In this document: piece by piece, positions 22,829 through 32,651 of the stretch
How positions within the stretch are numbered: position 1 is the stretch's first letter
Layout of the letters: every line of letters begins with the position of its first letter
Origin: Naegleria gruberi
Lineage: Eukaryota
Length of the DNA stretch: 64,000 nucleotides
NCBI GenBank assembly: GCA_000004985.1
Contig: GG738860.1
Reading direction: 5' to 3' (one strand)
Position numbers and translations under genes: made by a program
Notes under the pieces: generated by a model
What the model saw: only the letters and a program-made list of their open reading frames with translations
Told to the model about the DNA's origin: nothing
Databases searched by the model: none

Positions 22829-23089
22829 TTTTTGGTGTTGTTGAAGATTATTCTTAACAATGTAAATCTGAGTTTTTAAAATGTCTTATATCTTTGTTGG
22901 CCGAAGGAATTGCTTTATTCCTAAATTCAATATTCTTTAGAAGTGGACTTTAAATAATATGAAAACAATTTACTAAGTAAAACTTTGATTGATGAATAAT
23001 TGGACACATTCCAATACTCTTCTTCACTCTATGTTTGATGTGAGTCTTTGTTGTTTAAGAAGAAAGCAAATTAGTAGTATAAACATGGT

Positions 23090-25411
23090 TTACTTGTTTT
23101 TATTTTGTGGTCTTGGAAGAGATTGTTTCAAATTGTCAATACGTAAATATGGACATCTGAAGAAAACCAACTTCTTTTCACCAACCATGATTGGAATGAC
23201 AAGATAAGGTTTAGCAGAACTAGTAAGAAACTTGTCAATTACATCTAAAAAGTCATGAGTTAAATTGTAACAATCAGAGACTTTGAGATTGATGATATTT
23301 GACAGTGGTGTTCCCTTTCTTTCTGGGCTCGTTAACATGCTCAATAAACCATTATCCGAAAGTTTGGTTCCTGAAAAGTCAATTTCTGTTAAACATGGAA
23401 GTGAAGAAGGTTCAAATAATTGCTTACTAATCAAATAGTCTGGATCGCATTTGTTACAACTGTTGAGTTCCAATATTCTCAAGTATTTTGTCTGTCTCAA
23501 AATACTTTCGATTGCAATGTGAGTCACATCAAAGCAGAGTGCAAGCTTGAAATCTTGCAAATTTGTCAACTTTCTCAAATGGACCAATTTGAAAAATGCA
23601 TTATTTGATAACTGTCTACAATATCTCAAATCCAAATAAATTAATTTGGAACTGGCAAGGGATGAAATAGTTTCATCTTGAACCTCATTACATCCCATCA
23701 AACCTATGCTCTCCAAATTTGGAGCATTTGCGATTATAAATCTTATACTCTTATCACTTAACAAGTTTGCTCCATCAGCTTTGAAAACTTTCAGCTTTGG
23801 GAATACCAAATTTGCATTTTCATCATTTGGTAAAATATTTACAAGAGATTTACAGTCGCTAATATCTAAATAGGTTAAAGTTTTTCTCAAATTGAGGAGA
23901 GTATCACCAATTACAGAGTTGTTTCTACCAACAACTGATAAACCTTTCATCTTGAGTGTAGAAAGATTTGAAAGCTTGGACAACTTGGAAAGTTGAGCAT
24001 CTGAAATAGAAATGCGAGAAATGTCCAATTCACAAATACTAGACCATGAGTGAGTCCAAGTATCAAGAAAGACTAAATTTGTTGTACTGTCTGTGAGTGT
24101 CAACTTTTTAACATGTTGCAATTTTGGTAAATTCTCAACGAGCCTCGATTCAAATGCATCAGAATTGGCTTGATATAAATTACTAATGTCAAGAGAGGTG
24201 ACATTTGGGAATAAATGTACTATTGTTGGAAGATCATTGACTGAACCAGAAACGTTCACATCTAAAATGTTTGAAAACTTCTTTTGCCCAACAAAGCCCA
24301 AAAAGTGATGAACTTCTATTGTTTCTAATTGTGTCAAATTCAAACCGTCATAGATTTGATTAGATTGTTGTGTAACAATCAATTTGAGTTCTTTCAATTT
24401 CCCAAAGTTATTGTACATTTTACAAATAGAGTCTGTCTTCTCCTGTGTTGTATATTTAATGGAAAGGTTGGTAATATTTGGGAATAGATCATTTAAAATT
24501 GAGAGTAAATTACTTGTAACAACTGGAGTTTCCAAATGTAAACGTCTAAGATTTGGAAATGAAATATCTCTAATACTACTCAACTCTGATTCACTCGAGT
24601 CATAAAGACTCAAAGATCTTAAAAAGGAAGATGTCGATTGAATTTCTCTCAAACATCTTCTTCTCAAATCAGTATGTGCATCTCCATATACAGATATTGA
24701 TGAAAGTATTGGAAATTTCCTAACAAATTCCAACACATCCCCAGGTGTTGCAAATCTGAGCATACTCTTTGTAAAGTTCAATTGTAAACTCATTTCACTT
24801 TCAATAATAAATGAATTCCATTTCTGTGAAGCAACTCTAATAAATCTAAATCTCTCACTAAAATCCAAGAATGAGAAAATATCCTTCAACAAATCCTGTG
24901 GAATCATTGAAAGAATTGGTTTATCATTCACCAACACAACTTGTTCAATATTTTCTTCATACTGAACATTTTCCAATACTTGAAATTGACTCAAATTATT
25001 CAATTGGTTTGAATTAAACCTTGGAGAGAGTGGTGTATTACTTGCATTGGCCGTGCTATGAATACTTGAAGATGAAATTGATGGAGAAAGAATGGTTGGT
25101 GAGAGATCTCCTCCATTATTATTATTATTATAATAAGAAGTATTATTGTTGCTACCATTCTGTTGTTGTTGCTGATAGAAATGTTCCATCATTGGACTGT
25201 TACCATTGTGAGAACTGATATGACTTGGTGATTGATCGCCACTACCACTAATGAAATCATTATTAACTGATGATGGAGGTGAATTGTTATTGCTGCTGCT
25301 GTTGGTTGCTGTGGTTGTGGTGTTCATCATGATGCGAGAATTGTTGGGATGATCTTCAGAGTTGGTGGCAGAAACTCCACGAAAAATCAGGGAGGATAAT
25401 TTGGATAACAT
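23090..25411 (-). CDS. F-box/LRR-repeat protein with N/Q/S-rich N-terminal region
   Basis: F-box motif LKDIFSFLDFSERFRFIRVASQKWNSFI, followed by more than 10 FBXL-type LRRs (LDISDCKSLV..., LDLRYCRQLSNNAFFKL...). The ORF-track start at 25468 is a GTG, and the first real ATG is at about 25411 (MLSKLSS...). Confidence 0.75.
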   Translation of the reverse strand: MLSKLSSLIFRGVSATNSEDHPNNSRIMMNTTTTATNSSSNNNSPPSSVNNDFISGSGDQSPSHISSHNGNSPMMEHFYQQQQQNGSNNNTSYYNNNNNGGDLSPTILSPSISSSSIHSTANASNTPLSPRFNSNQLNNLSQFQVLENVQYEENIEQVVLVNDKPILSMIPQDLLKDIFSFLDFSERFRFIRVASQKWNSFIIESEMSLQLNFTKSMLRFATPGDVLEFVRKFPILSSISVYGDAHTDLRRRCLREIQSTSSFLRSLSLYDSSESELSSIRDISFPNLRRLHLETPVVTSNLLSILNDLFPNITNLSIKYTTQEKTDSICKMYNNFGKLKELKLIVTQQSNQIYDGLNLTQLETIEVHHFLGFVGQKKFSNILDVNVSGSVNDLPTIVHLFPNVTSLDISNLYQANSDAFESRLVENLPKLQHVKKLTLTDSTTNLVFLDTWTHSWSSICELDISRISISDAQLSKLSKLSNLSTLKMKGLSVVGRNNSVIGDTLLNLRKTLTYLDISDCKSLVNILPNDENANLVFPKLKVFKADGANLLSDKSIRFIIANAPNLESIGLMGCNEVQDETISSLASSKLIYLDLRYCRQLSNNAFFKLVHLRKLTNLQDFKLALCFDVTHIAIESILRQTKYLRILELNSCNKCDPDYLISKQLFEPSSLPCLTEIDFSGTKLSDNGLLSMLTSPERKGTPLSNIINLKVSDCYNLTHDFLDVIDKFLTSSAKPYLVIPIMVGEKKLVFFRCPYLRIDNLKQSLPRPQNKNK

Positions 25412-26282
25412 ATGATTACTAGAAGAATAGAATAAATATTTTAGATGATTGTTGATAATAAGATACACAAAACGCGTGTTATTGTTGTAGGTTATGATGA
25501 TTAGAAGTTTGTATTTTAAAAACTTCTTTTTAGAAACTAGCAGAAAGGCCTTGTAGAATTCTATTAGAAACTATAATGAAAATTCTATTACGCTGATGAT
25601 GATGATATTATTCTTTATTCTACAATACGAAACCTTTCGATAAGAGAGAGCGAATGAACCTCTCAAAGGATGACTAACTTTTTTTTGTTGTGAATTTCAT
25701 TTCGTGAATAACCACGGATGACAAGTCATCGAAGCTGTTTGATGGACCAATGACATGTTCAAAGCCGAAAGTCAAAAGAAACAACTATCAGTACTCATTG
25801 AAAAGATTCGAATGGTATTCATGTTTTCAATATAATGTTTCGAATACTAAAGTTATAATATTTTAGCATGCACATGTATCATTAAAAAGTGATAAAAAGG
25901 TAACAAGTTACATTTTATCAATAATTTCCGATAAAGAAGGAGAGATTTAAATTGGGTCACACCCTTCCAATCTTTGAGCGTTACCAAATAGATGAAAAAT
26001 CAACAATTTGAGGAAAGGTTTGGTTATGAAAATTGAACTCTCAATTTTTTACAAGTGATTGGAATGGATAGGGAATGGGCATCCAAGTATTCCAATACAT
26101 GTTTTTTCAATAATTATATGAACAAGTTGCGAGAAAAATTATAGATTCCTAAACCGTGAGTGGTTAAATTTGCAATGATCTATTAAAATTTACTTTATTC
26201 AATTCAAAATCTTTCAAAAATCAACAATTTCTCTTTAAAATTCAGTTTTTAGCATGGAATATTTAAATATTTTTTTTAAAAA

Positions 26283-27635
26283 ATGAATGAACACAATGCC
26301 AACAATTCCGATGCTTCTGGAAAATCATCAACAACAATAACAACTCCTCAAGTCGTTCAGATGATTAGCAGCGATGGTTTGGGAGGTAGTATTAAATCTA
26401 TTCAAACTATTAATAATTCAGTAGAAGCAACAACAAATGGAGGGGAACATCATCCCGATATTGAAACTCATTGGAATAAATTGGATAAGACCAAGTATTA
26501 TTCTATTGGAGTGGTTGCTTCCTATGGTTTACGTTCAATATTCTTTCCTATTAGTTTAATTGGAGCCCATCAAGTTGCAAATTTGCATGTAATGTATTAT
26601 TATTCGGAATTAAAATACTTAATATATGCTTAATATTAATTATAATATAATATATAACATAATAATTTTGGTTGGAATTTAATGATATTGACAATATTAA
26701 ACAGGCTCATGAATCCATGTCAACAGTTGCCAAGAGAATTTATTCACAACAGGGAATAAGAGGATTTTATAGAGGGTATTTTACAGCTGCCTCTGGTAAA
26801 TGTATGGTGCAATTCACATACTTGAGCTCATTGGAGTTAATCAATCAATATTTGGTTTCAAAGAGGAATGATGAGGGAATTTTCGGACATTTAACAACCT
26901 TCCAAAGACAAGCTGTTGGTATGTTTCATTCTTCTTTATTATTGTGAACTGTTGATAGCTGGATTATTGGCTGAGATGCTTTCAAACTTTATTGTGGTTC
27001 CTTTTGATGTGGTCTCACAAAGAATGATGATTTCAAATGTGACCCATCCAAATGAACATGTGAAATTATCGAGTGTTATCAAGGAAGTTTGGAGAATGGA
27101 AGGATTAAGAGGATTTTACAGAGGAATGCTTACTACATTAGCAACATATGGACCAGGTAAGATTCAACAGCCTTTATTTTTCTAATATGAATGAATAATA
27201 TTCGTGACAATTTAAATCTATGTGTATTTTACAGAGAGTGCATTTTGTTGGGGAACTTTTAGTGCTCTCAGAGAAAACATGTCAGATAAATTGGCTCCAC
27301 AATTTAAGAGAGATTTTGATTTGATGGTTGTGACTTCTGTAATCTCTGGAGCTTGTACTGGATTTTTATCAGCATTAATTTTCCATCCATGGGATATTAT
27401 AAGATTGAGAATTCAAACAGGCATTTCCTCTTCAGAGAGCGATAGTTTGAACCAACACAAATTTGGAACCTCTTCTGTGAGGCAAGTTGTGGTTGATTTG
27501 TTAAAAAGAGAAGGTTGGAGAGGATTTACTAAGGGAATATTCTCCAAGGTAATGTACAACTCTGGAACATGTTCGTTAGCAATGACAGTTTACTCAGTTT
27601 TGAAATGGACGTCTCGTAAACAGGAGAGTGATTAA
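26283..27635 (+). CDS. mitochondrial carrier family (SLC25) protein; 4 exons
   Basis: Exon 1 runs 26283 to about 26588. Exon 2 runs about 26705-26918, exon 3 about 26959-27156 and exon 4 about 27235-27635. Donors are GTAATG, GTATGT and GTAAGA, with AG acceptors. All three carrier signatures are present: VAKRIYSQQGIRGFYRGY, PFDVVSQRMMI...EGLRGFYRGM and PWDIIRLRIQ...EGWRGFTKG. The reading phase is conserved across every junction. Confidence 0.8.
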
Positions 27636-27636
27636 T

Positions 27637-30600
27637 TTATTGGTAGGCGCTATTCATCATGTAAAGAACATGATCAATTGTAATATTTCTAAATATTGAG
27701 ACTGTTGTTGGATTTGTGGGGACTGATTGCACATTTTGTTTTTTGCTCATAATAAGGTTCATTGTCATTGAGGTACTGAAATTCATCAAACTTAAAAAGT
27801 GACTATACCATTTCAAACTTTGTATTGTTGTTGGGAATTTGAATTCTACAACTCTACAGTTGTCTTGGTCCATCTTGATGACTATCTTTACAATACCTTC
27901 TATGGTTAAATGTAAAAGATCTGGTTGTTGTTTCAACATGTTTTGTGGAGGATAGTGATCAATCTTTAAAATTTGTGACATGTCCGAAAGGACAAGCTCC
28001 AATCTAGAAATACCAAAATAAATTGAACCATCATTGCAGAAGCAAATTCTTCCAGTTTTGGTATTTTCGTCCACTTGAATGAGTGAATCACTTCTCACAC
28101 TATCGTCCAATGATGAAATTTTGGAAAAGAAAAATGAGGCTTTACAAAAAGTGCTTTGGGTAAGAACGACATGTTTGTGAGATTCTTGATCTGCCAATAA
28201 GGATGATGGAACTTCAGAGAAAGACTCGATTTTTCTCAGTCTGAAAGTGGAATATTGGTTGAATTGATTAATAGTTCTGAACCATGAAAGGAATTTTTTG
28301 AGTGTTTCTGGGTTGAGCAATGTATCTGGAATGTTCAACTTGTCTTGTTGAATTTCAACGAGTTGTTGATACACTCTGTCTCCATCTTGTTTGGAGAAGA
28401 ACATTCCACTCTCGAATGTAATCATTGAGAACATTTCCTTTGAAATATTAACACAAGCAACCTCCTCATCCTTCTTTTTCTTTACAAATATGCTTGCACT
28501 TCTCCTTCTTAGACTTGATGCCTTGTTGATAGATTCGATATTCTTTGGTATGAGTTGTTGTTCAATTCTGGAGAAGTTAATATAGGGCAGCGATAAAAGA
28601 ATAGAACCATTCTTGGTGTTAATATTTGCAGTCCTACTGGATGGCACTTGTGATTGAAGTGGTGAATCGGTTGTGACATCAGTGAACGATAATGATCTAC
28701 GTTTGGTGAGAGGAGTTTGTAGGCCTTCAATATCATCATTTTCTGGTGGTGAGCTTGGAGAAACATCTTCAGTATCGTCTGGTAAAATAATTGATTCATT
28801 AGGAAGAGAAGAAGCAAGAGGGGTATCATTATTTTCTTCAAATGAGAAGGCATCAGTTTCTCCAGCTTCATCCAAATATTCGTGGAAGGATGTTCTTCTT
28901 CCACTCTTAATTGAAACATCTATGGTCTTGGATTGTTCAAATATTGATTTCACATCAGTGACATGACTTTGGTGCATTTCCATGATAATCTTTTCTAAAA
29001 AGCTTAATCTGTAATTGTCCTCAGGAGTTTGAATGTATTGAGTTTTCATCTTGGCTATATATTGTGAGAGGTTCTTCTTTGGGATTCGGAGAATGATCGA
29101 TTCAAACCATTCCCTCTTTATGAGCCTTTCATCCATACAGGTAGTAATACATTCGAGGGTATCTTCTAAGCATTTTATGTATTGCTCCTTTCTCTCATAA
29201 ATGAATGCTCTCATAAGTACAAGCCTAGATTTTACATAGTTCAATAAAATTTCATTATTACCTAGTGAGTGGGTATTATCTATTTTGTTCTCTATCCATA
29301 AAAGAAGAGAATCATTTGGATTGGATTGAGGTACTATTGAGTTTTCAAATAAATTAACATCAAAGTCGAGCAATGTGTTGGTACCAGAATAGTCGCTTGG
29401 CAATATCAGGTTTTTGTAATTTACCAATTGTTCCATCTCTCTATTTACGAATATCGAAAAGCAGAGCTCTTGGTAAAAGTATTGCTCCTCCATTCCGTGA
29501 TTGAGAAGCTCTGAAAATATCTGATTATTAAACAAATTTCTGAGAAATTCTTTAAGACGAATATCAATATCCTCTGCTTCTTCAGTAACATATTTCTTGA
29601 TATTGTCAATATAATCATTTTCGTTTCTCTTGTTTTTCTTTACCCATTTACGAGTAAGAATGTGAATATTTAAAGGTGAGAGTAATTTACAATAGAGTGA
29701 GGTAAAGGCTTCCCGAATTTTGGTGTCAGTAGAGGAATTTTGTTCATTCTGTGTGTAGGCAGCTCCTTGTAAAAAGTCCATTGTTTTGAAGGATGGCTTT
29801 TGGATAATTTTAAGTTTTTCAATTAATTGAAATCTGTATGGTTCTGGGAACTTGAATTCTCTTTCTGGAGATTTTCCATATAAGAACATGGAATTATCAA
29901 TATCTAGAACTATTAAACTCTTATCATGCTCGGTTTCTCCATTACTAATTTTTGCTGTTTGCTCAAACATTCTATTTTGTTGTTCAATTACTGAGAAGAG
30001 TTCTCTCTTGAGACTTCCATGAACACCCACAATATATGGCACGGGTGAAAGAATGGTTTCCAAAAGTTGTACAGGCAAATGTGGGATGAATGCAAACATG
30101 AGTGGAAATTGGAAAGGATATAATAGAATTCTAAGAGCTTCTGCACAGTAAGTCATGAGAGCAACACTATCACTAACGAGAATGATTTTCTTTTCGAGAA
30201 GGATAAGATTAATCAAATCAACAATCATCTCCTCAGATAAAACTCGGAATATAGTTTGAGATATGGAAATCTTTTTTCAGATTGACCTTGTTAAAATTGA
30301 AAATGTTTGAAAACAACATACATTACAAAAAGGTAACTCCTCCACATCTGGGAATCTAAGTGAATATTTCTTCTTTAAGGGTCTAAAACTCACAGAGCTA
30401 ATTCTAGAGGGTGCAGGTATTGGTACCTTATTCAGTAGCATATCTATTGTTCTTTGAAAAGCTGCCTTTTTGAGGGGAAGTTTGTCATCATTTGGGAATG
30501 TGGATCCATTGTTAAGTGTTGTGCTTTGATTTCTCATTTGTTCTTCTCTAAAACCCTTATTCAGAAAAATATCAAAAATTCCACAATTAAACATTTCAAG

Positions 30601-31611
30601 AACCATCTCTTTCAATAAATCATAAATTGGCAAAGAACTCTCAAATACTATTGCCACTTTTTCCAATTGATTATCAATTCTCAAACAAAAACAATAACAT
30701 TCATTCTTGAAAAAGTCTGTAGTAACAAATGGAAATAATTGTACAACAATTTCATCTCTATTTACATTATTCATGAGTGATGATTGTGATGTTGTTGGTG
30801 GAACTACTATCTTTGAATCTCTTGCAACATAACTCTCCTTGTTTTCATGTTGAGAATAGAAACAAAAGAGAGGCATGGATTTTAAATTTACCATCTTATC
30901 CTGTGATAGTACAGAAGGAAAGGTATAGACCAAATCTGCCTGTGGAGATGCAAACTTTTTCGGATTGAAACTCTCCTTCTGATTCGATTTTAAATGTTGT
31001 TGATAATTCATCACAGATGTTGATTCTGGTCTCTGAAAATCCAATGATGTTTTCTTCAAGGCAGGTGATGAAAAGCTCTTTCCCAACAATGATGGAGATG
31101 AAGGCTTGCTGCTATTATTCCTAGAAAATGATGAAGATGCTGATGAAACAATCGGAGAGGAAACAGGTGTAGAAGGTTGGCTGCTAAAACTATTCATAAA
31201 TAATTGATTTGAAACAGGTTGAGGAGATCCCACCTTCATCCGAGAAGACGATCCATTCAAAACACTCCCAAACAAATCACCATTCTGTTGTTGTTGTTGT
31301 TGCTGCTGGAGTTGTTCAGGTAATACAAACACGGCTACAGTCGATAAGAGAACTGCCGCTTTGGTGCTCATTTTTTCAAGATGAGAAAGAAGAGTGCTGT
31401 TACGAATAGACATACGATCCAAGAGTTTTGATGAGATATTTGAATAGGAAAGATGGACAAATTGAGAATGTACATGGATACTCGAAAGATTGTTAGAATG
31501 TTGCTGCTGGCAATAAGAAATGGTGGATGTCAATGGTTTTCTTAAATTTGGAATATTGTATGGAAATGTTGAATGAGTAAGATGGATTGTCCAGTTGATT
31601 TGTTTATCCAA
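27637..31611 (-). CDS. uDENN/DENN-domain protein (Rab GEF family); at least 2 exons. The 5' end is uncertain because the ORF-track start is a TTG.
   Basis: The downstream exon, 27637 to about 30270, begins ISISQTFIRVLSEEMIVDLINLILLEKKIILVSDS..., which is the DENN core, and continues LYPFQFPLMFAFIPHLPVQLLETILSPVPYIVGV. The upstream exon, about 30322..31611, ends ...SFRPLKKKYSLRFPDVEELPFCN, the uDENN/start of DENN. The two exons are in the same frame and are separated by a 51-nt GTATGT..AG intron (30271..30321) that contains the only in-frame stop. Confidence 0.7.
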
Positions 31612-31769
31612 AGAAAGTAAGGGCTTTAATAGATAATTTCCTTCTGGAATTTTTCGTATTTCTCAAATATTTGAACTGTGTTCTCTCCATGTTTGAAAAT
31701 ATGATTCTAAATTTAGTTCGCACATTCAATAAGTCAATTATTGAATGAAGGAATTCAATATTATTAAAA

Positions 31770-32471
31770 TCAATTATCCACCGAGAAGATTATTTGATTG
31801 TCTCCATCGACAGCTCTCTCAATTGAAGTTGTAACTTTTGGAATAATCTTTTGAGTCATATGATTCATGCAAAAATAGGTCATTAGCAATTTCTCATTAA
31901 CAGTCGTGAGAATAACCAAAATGATTGGCTGTTTGGAATCTAAGGCTTGTCGAACAGCATGTTCACTGAAACCTGAATAACTCACAAACACGCCAACTAC
32001 ATTTTGATTGGCTGATTTTTGTAATTGATAATGACTAAGTACTCCTTCAAATTCTCGAATATATTTCACTCCTACAGCATCCTTCTCCCTTTTACATTGT
32101 CCTAGAATTGGTATTGGATGAGGATTGACTTGCTTTAGAAAGGGAAAATTCCAAAAACCTTTAAAATCAATTCCCTGATCATGAGATCGTTTTGTTACAC
32201 TCAAATTAAAATCATACTCTGATAGGTATTCAACAACTTGTGCTTCAAATCTTCTTCCCAATTCTTGTGATGATGATGATGTAATTATTTCTTCCGAATT
32301 AACTTGATCCTCAGAAAGATTAATTGGAAATATTGACGAATATTTTCGTTTATCCAATGATAATCCATCAAAAAATCGTTCCGAAATAAATTGATGACTA
32401 TTCAATGAATGATGACAATTTAATTTTCCTCTCCGAGAAACAAAGAATCTTTGAGAAAGAAGTTTTTTCAT
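31770..32471 (-). CDS. Mrr-like restriction-endonuclease-fold (PD-(D/E)xK, DUF2034/RRG7-like) protein
   Basis: 233 aa with a real ATG. It carries the motifs DQGIDFKG ... ILGQCKREKDAVGVKYIREFEGVL ... VGVFVSYSGFSEHAVRQA. These match the Mrr_cat pattern (D-G-I-D ... Q-C-K-R ... f-v-t-s-x-f-t) found in yeast RRG7-type mitochondrial proteins. Confidence 0.55.
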   Translation of the reverse strand: MKKLLSQRFFVSRRGKLNCHHSLNSHQFISERFFDGLSLDKRKYSSIFPINLSEDQVNSEEIITSSSSQELGRRFEAQVVEYLSEYDFNLSVTKRSHDQGIDFKGFWNFPFLKQVNPHPIPILGQCKREKDAVGVKYIREFEGVLSHYQLQKSANQNVVGVFVSYSGFSEHAVRQALDSKQPIILVILTTVNEKLLMTYFCMNHMTQKIIPKVTTSIERAVDGDNQIIFSVDN

Positions 32472-32651
32472 TTTTTTAATTGTTTTTTAATAAATTTTTT
32501 TATTATTCACTTTTATTAAATTCATAAATCGAAAAGTCTATACAATTTTAAAAGAAATTATTCAAATTAAGTTCTAAATATAACAATTAACATTTTTGTA
32601 CTCTTAATTCCCAAAAAGAAGCTCTCAAGTTCATAGCAAAATCAAAAAAAA

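Noticed and set aside
28391-28966. Several 60-136-aa ORFs on both strands within 27637..30228
   Set aside because: They are embedded in the DENN-domain coding exon, whose conserved motifs give strong support to the main frame.
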